A stretch of 64,000 nt of DNA, from positions 1,488,001 through 1,552,000 of the forward strand of contig JBLDXI010000004.1 in the NCBI GenBank assembly GCA_047495785.1, in the 5' to 3' direction. The translations under genes were made by a program, and so were the position numbers. The notes below the pieces were generated by a model. The model was not told where the DNA came from. It saw only the letters and a program-made list of their open reading frames with translations, and did not search any database. Shown piece by piece: positions 24,481 through 36,662 of the stretch (position 1 is its first letter; each line of letters opens with the position of its first letter). This stretch comes from Lepidodermella squamata. Lineage: Eukaryota; Animalia; Gastrotricha.

Positions 24481-27180
24481 ATCCTTTGATCAAGAGAAAG
24501 AATAAAATGAGGAAGACTGGCTAAAATGTCGGAATTTGCCTGTCAGAATCAGCATCAGAAGCATTTTTCGTAATGATGATATTCGTTAAAAACCAAATAA
24601 ATTGTAGAATGAAAATGTGAGTCCTGAACTGCTCACACGGTTTAAGAACCTACCCCGCCAACGCCGTGATAGTTGTTGGATGGCACCTTTAATTGCCTGC
24701 CGAGTGTTGGCTCCGCCGATGCCATGGGCTGACGTAGGCAATGCTGTCATATGTATTATATCACATTACCATGGAACTTTCTCGAACATCATCACGTTTG
24801 GACGGCCTGCGTTTCGCCTGTTGAGCGCCCTTGTGGTAAGAAAGTTGGTTGGTAGCCGCTTAATTGACTGCCGAGTGCGCGCGGGGTCATGAAACTAGAG
24901 AGGCCAGTATCATCAATATTATTATGTTGTATTATATATCGCAACGATCGTGGCGGCGTTTAGCAGCAATAAAATGGAACATGTGAAACATCGGAGACTT
25001 TTGGTTGTGCTAAAGCAAATGAGCGTCGCGTTCGCATGAAAATGCGTGCTGCGGCCGCCACAGAGCTACACGCGGTGTAGAAAACTACGCATAGATAGAT
25101 GCCCCGCTCTCTCCACGCCGCTCTACGCCGAAATGCTTGGATAGCTTGTCGTATAACTAATAACTTTGAAGTGGCAAGTATCATCAATAGTATTATATGA
25201 CATTGTTGGAGAGTTTTTGCTGTGTTATAATTCAGTTGAGCGTTACGATGAAGAAACTTGAGTGTCTTAAAAGGGTTCAAATTTCTAAAAGCTATCGATT
25301 CACAGACTGAGAAACTCCAAGTTGAAGATAATTGCTTCGCTGAGCATGTGTTGCGTGAGAGAGGGATTTAGCAAACCTTTAGTGTAACCGCGAAAACGCT
25401 ACAACTAAACGTTGAACTTCAACTGCATTTCCTATTTCCTTTATATTCAGAAATTCAGTCAGGTAAATTCTGTTGCATATATAAAATGGCCTCTACGTCA
25501 GCCTGCAAAGTTTTCTTACAGGAAGATGTTTGGCATGTATTTGGCTGCGCATATGAAATCGTTTGAATTTCATTTACAAACCGAGTGAAGAACAGGACGA
25601 AATTCAATCGGTGCTTTTTCAAGTCGCAAAAACAAATTTCAGTTTCTTGGAAAATGAGGAATTTCTTGTCTACTCCGCCTTTCACTTGTTAACGATCGTT
25701 TCATTGCCTTCTCGTATCGCTGCAAACAGCTGGAAAGTCGTTTTTTCTCTAGTTTATTTTCTTGGCTTCGCAGTCGATATTGGTTTTGCTTATCGGCATA
25801 AATGCATAAAAACCTGAGATAACCAATGTGTATAAAATAGAATTTTTCATCAATTTAAAAAAATTTGCGTACGATGCTGATAATTTATTGAGTAGTTTTA
25901 TTCATAGCACTTTACACGTTGGCTAATTACCTCGAATAAGTAGACACTCTACGGTCAATTGATCTGCCATCCAACATCCAACGCGTGTTCATAGGCTCAA
26001 CAGAACAGCCTCGGCTTCTCGCCGTTTAATGTGAGATATATGACAGTATTGGCCACGTTAGCTCGCGCACACGCGGCGTAGTGGCAGGTCAATTACTAAA
26101 CGTGGAGTTTAATGCTTTGATGAAATACGCCGTGTGTATGGAGCAGCTTTCCATTGTTAAACAAACTCTTGTTATTTTCTTCATAATATCATCGTTTATT
26201 CTCCCTAAAGGCATCGATTTATTTTTCTTGATCGAATCCAAGGACTAGAGTTTCACCAACCCCCCTAGCTGGCCTCATCAAAATTCCGTTCCAAAGTATC
26301 GTTCCAAATTCCTGCCAGAAACTCTACGACTCGACCGCTGCTATGTGCAAATGGCCCTCCAGCTACATGGGCAGTCTGCTGTGTGACACGGATAAGCTGG
26401 ACTGGCGAGCTTAGAATCAAGAGACCTATTCGCGATTAGTGCCTTAACAAAAAGAGAGGGGTGATGGCACGAACCACTGCAGTCGCTGGACGGGATCGAA
26501 CATTGTGGTAATTAATTAACGGTCATCAGCCGCAGTTTAGCAAATGTCTTTCTTCCTCTAAAAAATTCTCGGCTAGCTCAACCGCAGTCTATTCGTCGCG
26601 CTTACGACTAGTAGTGCTGATGAATTGTCACTTCCATTCAGTTAGTTTGCAAATGATATTGACTCTCCAACCTCATCGGGCCTGTTCTTGGTAACTTTGC
26701 GCAAATCGGTGAAAATCCACTGCATGTTCTTTGGCCTTTGACGTAAATTAAAACGCAGAGTCTACAACACTGCCAGCAAATGCGTAACTCAAACAAGGCT
26801 GTGATCGTGCTGGATTAGTCTGGCGGAGTAATTTGGAATGCTCTGGGCAACAGCGCCTGCGAAACAGAGCCTACCGGCGTTACCAGATGTTTCTCTTCCT
26901 GCTAAGGAAATGCGTAGCTCGATGATGTAGCTACTCGCCAACGCATGCCAAATGTTCAATGATGAAGGATCGACACTGTCGAACATTATGAATAGTAGTG
27001 AACATTCGGCATGCCGCAATTATGACCTGAATCTCTGCGTCAAACGGCATTACTTCCTTGCTCTTCCACTGTAACCGGTCAAGTGTAACAGTCAAATTCC
27101 GGAAGGCGAGCTGATAATTATTAATATTGTTCGTGAGAAGTGTCTAATGATATTCTTGTGATTTATATCATTTTACTGTG

Positions 27181-27392
27181 ATGTATATGTATATATGTCT
27201 TGTATAAGTGCATCACTCCAACCCGGCGACACAGCGATCACGAAAAAAAATCTGAAAACTCGCAGCTAACTTTCATTTTCGTGACCGCCGTGTCGCCGGG
27301 TTGGAGTGATGCACTTATACAAGACATATATACATATACACATGTATAAACGTATGCATCACTCCAACCCGGCGACACGGCCATCACGAAAA
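27181..27392. repeat. Foldback inverted repeat with a third partial arm (MITE-like)
   Basis: Arm TGTATATGTATATATGTCTTGTATAAGTGCATCACTCCAACCCGGCGACAC is inverted at about 27276-27339 and partly repeated at about 27356-27392. Confidence 0.8.
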
Positions 27393-27748
27393 TTAAAGTG
27401 AAAATGAAAATGACCCGGCCTCAGACAGACGGTGGGTGTAGTAATCATCCCTACACATGCAATCTAGTCATGCTATTAGCATTTTTCTCTTCATCAAAAC
27501 AACATGGCATCAGATTTGATACAGCCAGTAAATTTGTGTGGCTGATTTTTGAGCCTCAGATAGACAATCCTCATGCAATGAAGCCAATACGAATCTGCAC
27601 TTTGTTGCAATTTGAATAGCCTTCTTGCTTATATAGAGAGAATATAGGAGCAAGCTGAGAGCCCTGCAACTACCAGCACTACTACTTCGAAGGCTCACAT
27701 CATTAGGATTTAAGTGAGCATTAATTTGAATAAATTATAATTTACTTA

Positions 27749-28528
27749 TGGTGCTTTCACAAATGCGTCCGACGGTGAAAACTTCGGGTAGCAACTAACA
27801 AACGTCGGTAGAGTGAAGCGAAACGTCGGAGAGCGTTATCAGTGGCACTTCGGACGCGCGCGCGCGGTCGGGCGCCCGAAGTCTCTATTGTTTAGTCGCC
27901 GAAGTTGCTGGGTGTCACGCACTTGAGCGCGCGTGCATGCGAGTGGCAGGGGTCAGGCAAAAAAATTTCCATTTCAGCGTAAATGCTGAAATCAACTAAA
28001 TAATGAGACTTGAAATGCGATGCGGATCATAGAAATCTAAATTTCATCGAAAAATTATGTGATAAGATGATTTCTTGCCGCGCTCAGCGCGGTTTTGCCG
28101 GCCTTAATTTTCTTTGTGCACGGCTTTAAATTACAAATTGAAAAATTGGTCAATTTCGAAATTATTTTCATGGCTCATTGTAATCCAAGACGGCTCGAGT
28201 GTTTTACAGCAAGTCAAGCAGTCAAATGGCCGCGCGCGCGCTTATGTCTATTGATGCGCGTGTAATAATAGTGCGCGCTATTAACTTCGGTTCGGACGCA
28301 CTTCGGACGGTAGTTTTGGGGGCCTCCGATCCGACGTTCTTTGTTGTGCGTGCGCGCGCCGCGTCGGACGCGCTATTGTTTAAACTTCGGGCGCGCGGGC
28401 CGAAGTGCGCGCGTTTGTGAAAGGAAATCTAAACGTCGGACAACTATTACGTTGCTTCGGGCGCCTATTACGAAACTTCGGGCGCCGAAAACGTCGGACG
28501 CTCGTCGGACGCATTTGTGAAAGCACCA
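27749..28528. mobile_element. PIF/Harbinger-like non-autonomous element
   Basis: TIR TGGTGCTTTCACAAATGCGTCCGACG; TTA TSD at 27746-27748 and 28529-28531; internal CGTCGGA/ACTTCGG repeats. Confidence 0.87.
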
Positions 28529-30234
28529 TTATTTTTACGAATTTTCCACAGATTCCGAATATTAACACGCGTGCGCTGCTCAAATCCTCTGAAGCTGTGC
28601 TGATCTCGAACCTCGGTTTTCGACTTATCACCAATGGAATCACAGGAAAAGCTGCTGCTATGTCACATTTCTTCCCGGCGACATTCTATAATCGTGTATC
28701 ATTTTATGTGCTGCTGGCAATTATGATGAGTTTGCAAATGGATCTTGGACATACGCCCTGCAAATTTTTTATGTTCAGTTTCGCGGGTGAGATCGGATCT
28801 GGTTGTTGCTAATGCCAACCATTGCCCATCATTCACTGAGTTATTCGCGGTCAAAGTCCCATGAAATTTGGTTGAAGTTTTAGCGGATGCCGGAAATTCA
28901 GAAATTCGATTATTGGCGAATCAGGCTACAATGACTGATGTAGAAAGGACCTGCTATCATCGTGGTAAGCGGATACGGCTTCTCAGATGCTTGATTCCTG
29001 ATCACGGCTCCTTTTCGTTGCAGTAGTACATCATAGGATAAACCGTTGTAATGCTGACATTTTTAGTCTCAGATGTAGTAAGTATGTCAACATCCAACAT
29101 CTTATGTCGCTGGCTCTGGCTCTGGAAGTTTTGACATTGCGTGCAAAAAGCTCGTGATTTGGTGCTCGTGAATTCAGGCCTAATTTTACCTGAATCAGAC
29201 TTGAATGTTAGTCTTCATGGCTGTGGTTTCCCTTCGCGTTCTCCTTGCGATGCTGCAGTTGCTATCTACCTTTGAAACGGATACAGAGAGCGCAACTGCC
29301 CACCGAGGCGGACGAGGATGAGCAGCAGATTGAACTACGACCCGGCTAGTGATGCGCAACGATTATTTTTTCTTTAATCGAATTAAATACCTTTTTATGA
29401 TAATCGAATCGTGTCAATCCCGATTAAATAGTCAGTCGAATCGCCCGATTATTCGAATCGACTAATCGTGGGCGCTGTATTAAATTCAAGTAAAATCATA
29501 ATCAGATAGGGTAGGTTGTAACAATCATTTGATCGCGCTTCGAGCATTACCTTCACCTCGTATCCTCAATCTGACAATTCCACGAGATTCTACGCAGGAA
29601 GCTGAGTAATTCAATGATTTTTCTTACCAATTCATCCTCCCAATCAAACTAAATGCTTAAAAAAAAGGCAATAGAAGAAGGAAAGAAATAGGAATGAACG
29701 TGAGCAGATTCCCTCTACACTGTCTTGTCAGAAAATCTATCATAGCCGATAGATCGTTACCAGGAAAGACGATTTTACGAGCGCCATGATTTAAATTCTA
29801 TTCGACGTAATGTGATTGGGGGTTATTTTCGAAGCTGGCTTTATCGATAAAGTCGACTTTATCCCATAAAGCCGACATTATTGTTAGAGTCAACTTTAAG
29901 GGGGAGCATTTTCGAAGCCGTCTTTTTTTAAAGTCGACTTTATTGCGTAAAGTCAGCTTTGCCATGATATGTCGAAGAAATTAATGAATGGCGATATCAT
30001 AAATCATAAATCGCTCATAATTAGCCATGACCTACATTTTGCCAGTCTTTTGTTGTGATAAATCATAAAAAACGACGTCGAACAAGAGCTTTTAGGGTCA
30101 AATCATTCGTCTGGGGACAAAAATATGCTGATAAAGCCGACTTTAAGGCGATAAAGACGAGGATGGTCGTCTTTATCGGCTCTAGTACATATCTATATGG
30201 AGGATGAATCCGACTTTTTATAAATAAAGTCGGC

Positions 30235-31404
30235 CAGGGTGCGAAGTACAGGGGTGCTGGGGTGTTCCGACACCCCAGCTCGGTCTGGCGGGAGAAAATT
30301 TTAAAATTTAATTGGAGTTGTGAAATCCATCATAGAACCAAAGGAATTTGAGAGAACCCCCATTGTGAGGACGATGGATGCCGAGTTTTTAAGCAATTTC
30401 CGGCTATTCCTGACACTAAAATCGCCAAAAATATCGTCGGCTAAAGCTCGCTGCGCTCGTTCGGGGTATACTCGACTTGCACAAAACGTTTTGCACAAAA
30501 AGTTTTGCACAAACTTTTTTGCACAAAATCGATTTTTTTCATTCGTTCGAATCGTCGATGAATTCTAAGCATCGCTGATACTTTGATTCAAGTGACAGTG
30601 AATCGGAATAAAATTGCCTCCCGCATTGGTGAGAAAACGAGCCTTTAAACCGTCAAAGACAAGCAAATTTAACATAATATGCCGTGGAAATAAATGAGCA
30701 CGCGCTCCTTCTTGTGTACAACCATCCAAAACAAATGTATCAGCGATGCTTAGAATTCATCGACGATTCGAACGAATGAAAAAAATCGATTTTGTGCAAA
30801 AAAGTTTGTGCAACTTTGTTTATGCAAAACTTTTTGTGCAAGTTGCGTATTCCCCTCGTTCGGGTTTAAGGTTGTATAAGGGATTAGCAAAGGTGGCAAA
30901 TTCAAGGTTCGACTATCGACCCTTCTAGTAGTTGCATAGAAACCATTTGTTTGCACAATGCTCCGCGTCATCTCATTTATATAATTGCCTAGCCATTTTA
31001 TGAGATTTCAGACCCTCCTTCGGGGTAAAATTTAAAAAAATTTCACGCTTCGCTCGTATGTATGGCCTAATTTACTGGTAATGTTCAGATAATAATGTTC
31101 AGTGATGTTCAAAGTCAGCCCTTATTTGAGCCAAATATCAATGTGACAATGGGAAGAAAACGGATCGAACTAAAATGAAAGTAACGACTGTAAATAGTCA
31201 ATTTTAGGAGGATTTGGAACCCTTCATAAACAAAAAATCGGAAAATTTCTCGCTTCGCTCGTTTCATGGGTTAAAATCATAGCTAATTTTCCCCCATTCC
31301 GAGTAAATGCTATTGATTTCGCGAGGGAGCGTAGCGAGCGAGCGCAATTTTTTGTTGCTCAATATTAGGAACACACCAGCTCGAAAATCCTACTTCGCAC
31401 ACTG
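30235..31404. mobile_element. Non-autonomous hAT element
   Basis: TIR CAG(G/T)GTGCGAAGTA; 8-bp TSD AAGTCGGC at 30227-30234 and 31405-31412. Confidence 0.9.
30464..30854. mobile_element. Long-TIR MITE (MULE- or Merlin-like)
   Basis: Imperfect TIRs of about 118 bp containing TTGCACAAAA repeats; TSD CTCGTTCG at 30456-30463 and 30855-30862. Confidence 0.85.
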
Positions 31405-32133
31405 AAGTCGGCTTTATCTTCGAAAATCATGTTGTGGACAAAGCTACCTCTATGTCTATCATATAAAATAGCTGAGATCAGCTAACTTTAGCTAAAGTCG
31501 ACTTTGGGAGATAAAGCCGACTTTATCGATAAAGTCGACTTTATCATAAAGACAGCTTCGAAAATAACCCCCATTCACCACTAGACCACTAGCGCACTAG
31601 CGCACTAGCGCACCCGGCAATGCTGTGCTTTTGTATGACATGCACCCGTGAGTTTGTTTTGATTACATGTGGACCTTTTCTTACCCTGACATGATTCACA
31701 AATGATCGAGTTACAAATGATCGAGGTGCTGTGACCTCGACTCTCGGTGCAAGTCTCTACGCGAAAGAAGTACTACGCGGAAACTCTATATAAACCCCGG
31801 AATTTCTCTGTTTGTTAAGCATCTTGATGAGTTATGATATTGTTATGATACTAGCGTTACTCGAGATAACACTCGACATAATCTTTCTGTAATTTCTGCC
31901 CTTCGTATTGTTTTGAGATTTATACAATAACCAGAAAATATTGATTTTTCACGTATCTCTAATTCGAGTCACACAAGCTACAGGTTCTAACTTCGACGGA
32001 TAGATAGTTGTAACACGATAGTAGTAACACAATAGATATAGAAAATAGTAGGATATCTAAATGTAAAGCAATGTAAATTAACAATTAACATAGCGGAATC
32101 GATCACGGTACTCTAATGTGTGTAGTCATATAA

Positions 32134-35073
32134 TCAGATTTTACGAAGCAGGAACCAGTTCGCATAACCGAAAAATCCAACCGCCACCAGCAACGCCAGA
32201 ACATCAAGGAATCTAGCTAGGCTGATTTGGCTGCTGAACAAGTTCTTCATTTCCCTCTTGCCCTCGGCGTAGTAAGAACAAGCCATCCAAACAATTAGCA
32301 TTTGATAAACCGTCACGCCAGCCGAGAACCAAGCCATCCATTGAATATAAGTACTCAAAATGGTACTGTCAGTATTCGGAGCTTCAGCCACAACCTCAGT
32401 CTGGCTAACTGCCATCGCCAGTAAGATAGTCACTGTAAAAGCGGGCCGTTCAGGCATTGATGGAGCCATTAGGAAAGTAACTAAATCCAAACCGCCCAAA
32501 ATCGCTGTTGGCAGGTACAAATTGTTGATGTAGTAGCTAGCGGATCGTTTCAAGGTAACTTCAAAGACAGCCACAGTCACATTGAACCCATTGAATTTAG
32601 CTGTCGATAATTGGCTAGTGAAATCCTTGACGATCCATTCAGAGTTGTCAACAGCTCCAGCATCCCATAGGAATTGAGGAGGGTTTGCGAAAGTTAGGAT
32701 CCTATCGGATCTCGTCAAACTGAACTCAAACGAGCATTGCTGAGTGTCAAATGGGAACTCTTTCATATCCTGCGTGCAATCAGCCACGAAAAGGCCCTCC
32801 CTGGTCCAGTAGAAGTTGAAAGTCTTGTTAGGCTTCGATTCGGAGCCTAAGCCATCCATTGTGACTAGAAAATCATCCCCAACAGCTACGTTCTTCATGT
32901 AGACATTCGACTGGGCACTGTTTATGAACCGAATCTGAGGCAGCCAAATTCTATCTGGTCTCGCGACATAAATTTGCTCTTTCGGCCGGGAGCTAATTTC
33001 ATCTGTCGTGTTCTTAGGGCAGGTATTGACCACCCATGACATCAGAATGACCCCACTCACCGAAATCGTATCATCCACACTCGACAGTTCGTTGAGCCCA
33101 GGAACGTAAAAAGTCATGTTCACTAAATTCGGTTTTGATTCGTCGATCTGGGGCGGAACGTAGCGATTCGTGTCGAAATGATCGCAGCGCTTCAGAATGT
33201 CTTCAGTTGTTTTGAAAGGAACCCTAGGTGGCGGATTCGGGTCTCCGTCCAAGCTAGGAAGCAAACTTCCAATTTCGATGTTCGTTCCTATTTTCGAGGA
33301 GCTTATAGACATCGCTGGACTCCAGGGAATTGCTTCAGATGGTTTCGTTATGGACTGGATTGGTTTCAGTGTCGAAGTCTGAGTAGAGCTTGCCGATGCT
33401 TTCGTGGATGTGCTCGAATGTGCATCTATGGTCGATTGAGTTGCTTTAATCGAAAATGCAGTTGGAGCAGAATCCGCTTGGGATGACTTTGATGTTGGTG
33501 ATTCTTGGCCGGTTTGCTGTGAATTCGAGGAAGTTGTTGATGCTGAGCTGGTTTTAATCATTTTCGAAGTTGACGTTGAGACGGACGATGTCGTAGTTGG
33601 AACAGGCTTCCCGCACAAACAAGGCAGCAGCTTGATCTCTTCGGTAGTAAGTACAGTCCCATGAATTGTCATACACGCAATGCTGTCGCCCGGAAATCCA
33701 CCGATTGGATGACCCGCGGCATCATAAGTAGTCAAAACTGAAATATTGCGGTAGTAATCAGACGTGACCGTCGCTACTTTACCAGACACAGTTTGGCCCT
33801 CAGCCAAATCATCACTACCAGGATCCTGGACGTAGCCTGTGTGCGTTCCTTTCACGTTATCGATTGTAAACGCGAAAAAGGTCCATTCGTTCCGCTGAGT
33901 GTACGGAATTTCTAGAGAGACTGCACCAAAAGAGAGGACAATCTTGTATTTAGTTGGGTCGCAAATCGCGCCGAGCAGGTTTTTGATATCAAAGACTCCA
34001 GCTTTCGAATCGCAGAAGCTTTTATAGTAGAAGGCGATCGTGAGATTCGGCGAAACTGGCATTCCATGTACAAGCTTGATGATATCCCCTTTACTTTGCA
34101 CAGTTATCGATGTGGGGCTATAGGGACCTTTTGCTTCGCTAGCTAGCCCAGGCATGTCGGCGAAGGCAGTTCGAAACCTGTCCGAGCCGTATTTCTGGAA
34201 AATGCTATCCCCAGGCGTTGCCATTGGCATGAAGAATTTAAGGTTGTCAATCTGAGGCATCAGTTCGAATGTGCTGGGCAGAGGCGGAGACGTGGACCTA
34301 GCGATGGTTTGACCGCAAGCGTATGGAATTACATTCAGCTGATTAGTGGACAGAACTTGCGGGTACAAAACCATGCAAGCGAATATGTCCGAGTTGGTTT
34401 TTGTGTAAACCCATTTTCCGTCACTTGTCTTTGCTGCTCCTATATGGATTGCAGTCGTTGAAAATGGTACCATTATAGTCACCAGATGGCCATCCAATGA
34501 TTTCGCATCGAAGGCAGAATCAGCCGAGCTAACAGCCCATCGCCAGTTGCCAGATTCGTAAGTTATAGCTACGAAGCTCCAAATGTTAGTCGACGTTATC
34601 GGCAACGTTTCCTTTGTATCCACAAGTTGAGTACTCTGCATGGTTATCAACTTCATTTCGCCACTTTCGCAATGGATAGAAAAAATGCCTTCCATAGTTA
34701 CAATACCTGTTGCATCACTGCAAGCCGTTTTCATGTAAAACGTGAGCGTAAAACTTGAGTAATCCAGCGATGCATCTATGGCGTAGGTCGCGATGGGGTC
34801 GACCGAGGTTTCTGCAGTTGTCGCCCCTGATTTGAAGGGCCCCGCATCAACCGACCGAGCTTTTTTGACGCCATTCTGCGGCACGAAGGCATTAATAGCC
34901 GCCGAGAACATGTCTGTATTGCCGCGATCTAGATACCACAGCAAAAGCTGGTTACTGCTCGGCAGGACATCCAGGGCATCGTAAGGTGAATTCACCTGTG
35001 AAGGTAACGTCTGAACGCATCGCAACGCCTGAACAACTGACAGCAAGGCGAGAACAGCTGAGGAGAATTTCAT
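32134..35073 (-). CDS. Intronless Cys-loop ligand-gated ion channel subunit with two N-terminal LamG/pentraxin-like domains and a Ser/Thr stalk (paralog A)
   Basis: Signal peptide MKFSSAVLALLSVVQA (ATG at 35073); IWLPQI; C-x13-C loop CTQDMKEFPFDTQQC at 32734-32778; NSEW; LKR followed by four hydrophobic helices. The two N-terminal repeats share GP(F/Y), F/LT(L/I)xFY, W(S/T)FxAxT and ACMxxxxxVL..CG. Confidence 0.9.
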   Translation of the reverse strand: MKFSSAVLALLSVVQALRCVQTLPSQVNSPYDALDVLPSSNQLLLWYLDRGNTDMFSAAINAFVPQNGVKKARSVDAGPFKSGATTAETSVDPIATYAIDASLDYSSFTLTFYMKTACSDATGIVTMEGIFSIHCESGEMKLITMQSTQLVDTKETLPITSTNIWSFVAITYESGNWRWAVSSADSAFDAKSLDGHLVTIMVPFSTTAIHIGAAKTSDGKWVYTKTNSDIFACMVLYPQVLSTNQLNVIPYACGQTIARSTSPPLPSTFELMPQIDNLKFFMPMATPGDSIFQKYGSDRFRTAFADMPGLASEAKGPYSPTSITVQSKGDIIKLVHGMPVSPNLTIAFYYKSFCDSKAGVFDIKNLLGAICDPTKYKIVLSFGAVSLEIPYTQRNEWTFFAFTIDNVKGTHTGYVQDPGSDDLAEGQTVSGKVATVTSDYYRNISVLTTYDAAGHPIGGFPGDSIACMTIHGTVLTTEEIKLLPCLCGKPVPTTTSSVSTSTSKMIKTSSASTTSSNSQQTGQESPTSKSSQADSAPTAFSIKATQSTIDAHSSTSTKASASSTQTSTLKPIQSITKPSEAIPWSPAMSISSSKIGTNIEIGSLLPSLDGDPNPPPRVPFKTTEDILKRCDHFDTNRYVPPQIDESKPNLVNMTFYVPGLNELSSVDDTISVSGVILMSWVVNTCPKNTTDEISSRPKEQIYVARPDRIWLPQIRFINSAQSNVYMKNVAVGDDFLVTMDGLGSESKPNKTFNFYWTREGLFVADCTQDMKEFPFDTQQCSFEFSLTRSDRILTFANPPQFLWDAGAVDNSEWIVKDFTSQLSTAKFNGFNVTVAVFEVTLKRSASYYINNLYLPTAILGGLDLVTFLMAPSMPERPAFTVTILLAMAVSQTEVVAEAPNTDSTILSTYIQWMAWFSAGVTVYQMLIVWMACSYYAEGKREMKNLFSSQISLARFLDVLALLVAVGFFGYANWFLLRKI

Positions 35074-36510
35074 TTTTCTCCAAACTAGTCTAGCTAGAGC
35101 ATTGAAATGCAATAAGCACTCTCAATCCGTGTCAGGTTTCGCTTCACGCCGTTTTTAATAATCATGTTCTACTTTCTAAAGCCTGAGCTTTTGGTATTTG
35201 CGGCTTGTTTACATTAGAAAATTTCAGGATACCAAGTTGAGAAAAACACGACGAGGCGGATTGTTGACACCAAGTTGGAGCAGGTTTTTCATGATGAAAT
35301 ATCCTGACGACATCTTAATTAAAGTCGCCCTAGGGATCACGTATGATTAATCTTCCGAAATAGGATTGGCTCGATTCCAGTATAAAAAGGATTACTAAGA
35401 TATGGTTTCTTCATTTTTTTACATCATTCATTTAAGGTTGTATTACGTCGAGTATCGTGAAAAACTTTGCTTCAATTCAACATTTCCCATTTTTTATTGT
35501 CAAAACGCGCTGGATATCGACAAAACTGTGCCTTTTTGTTATGACCTTGTTTGCTTATTATTATCGCAGCCAAATAACCTTTTGAATACTCGTTTGAAAA
35601 GAATTTTTCTGAACCTTTTGAAAATCGATGATCAATAATTTATAACCGCCGTTAGAGAAGAAGAATACTGAGAGGATAAGCTTGATCTAAATCTCTTGCA
35701 AATCAAATCATTCGAATATCAAATCAATATAATAAAATAATATAATCTCATCCAACCTCTAATCTAATCTATTCCAGTCTGAGACTGATGTGACACTAGC
35801 AGACATCTTTCCATAGTGAAATTCGAGCTGAATTTGCAAATTTTCTCCATCCGACATCCGACTATGTAAAATGTTTCTGTTCAGTAATTACCTATATTGG
35901 CACCGTTCTTCTGAACAAAGCTGAAACGCCAAGTTGACAGCTGAACGGAGGTGTACTGATATTAAGCTTAATGAACGGAGCTAAACTGAAATTGTACCAC
36001 ATGAACGGAGCTTAACGGACAGCAAAGAGAAATGCCAATTCCTCGATTCGTGGTTCAGCTCCGTTCATCAAGTTTAATGAACAGCTTAATGCTCAAAAGT
36101 ATAACGGTCATGCAATAAGAATTGCAGCGCTACATCAATATAGTGCGATCGAGTTTACAAAATTGTATTTTCTCCGTTTCATTTCATGCCTAGCTTTGAG
36201 ATCAGAAAATGTAATACGTCCAAGATGTGATCACTTATTATCTGATGGATCCTGATGGATTGATATAATAAATGATCACTAAAATCGGAATCAACTGTCC
36301 CATTCCTAAATTATCACTGAAAAACCGAATCGATTATCGATTATCGATTCCGAGCAATCGAGGTGACGGATGTAGATTCAGATGATTTAGTTGTGATTTT
36401 CGATTCTTCGTATTAAGAACGAGTAGAAATATGATGAGTAGTTAATGTTTTATCAATATTTCAAACTATTGATTTTATCGATTATTGATTATCGGTGAAA
36501 ATAAATATGG

Positions 36511-36553
36511 CTAGTCTGACGTATACGTTTCGTCTCGGCCAAGAGACTCATCA
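36511..36553 (-). ncRNA. Truncated minimal type I hammerhead ribozyme (Penelope-like element relic)
   Basis: Minus strand reads TGATGA-GTCTC-ttggcc-GAGAC-GAAA-CGTATACG-TC-AGACTAG: core, stem II, palindromic stem III and GUC site. C3 and the 5' strand of stem I are missing. Confidence 0.75.
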
Positions 36554-36662
36554 CTTGCTAAAATATCACTTTAAAAAGCAACACCGTGTGGGAATTCAAA
36601 GTCCATAATTGTGATGGGCAAAGGGAATCAGAGTTACGCTATCGATATGGGTGATTCCGCGC

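Larger units (their letters stand above)
29818..31572. mobile_element. PIF/Harbinger-like MITE (AWT TSD) hosting two nested insertions
   Basis: TIR GGGGGTTATTTTCGAAGCT; ATT TSD at 29815-29817 and 31573-31575; many AAAGTCGACTTT palindromes; same family as 56399-56556. Confidence 0.85.

Noticed and set aside
28199-28812. Arg/Ala-rich ORFs here and at 19584-20590 and 30301-30971 as genes or transposases
   Set aside because: They lie largely within non-autonomous TIR elements, arise from palindromic repeats and show no DDE or other motifs.
32134-35112. Long intronless ORFs as bacterial contamination or a prokaryotic pLGIC
   Set aside because: They have the eukaryotic disulfide Cys-loop and a mucin-like stalk and are embedded among animal transposons and spliced genes. 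The upstream start at 35112 was also rejected in favour of 35073, which gives a clean signal peptide.
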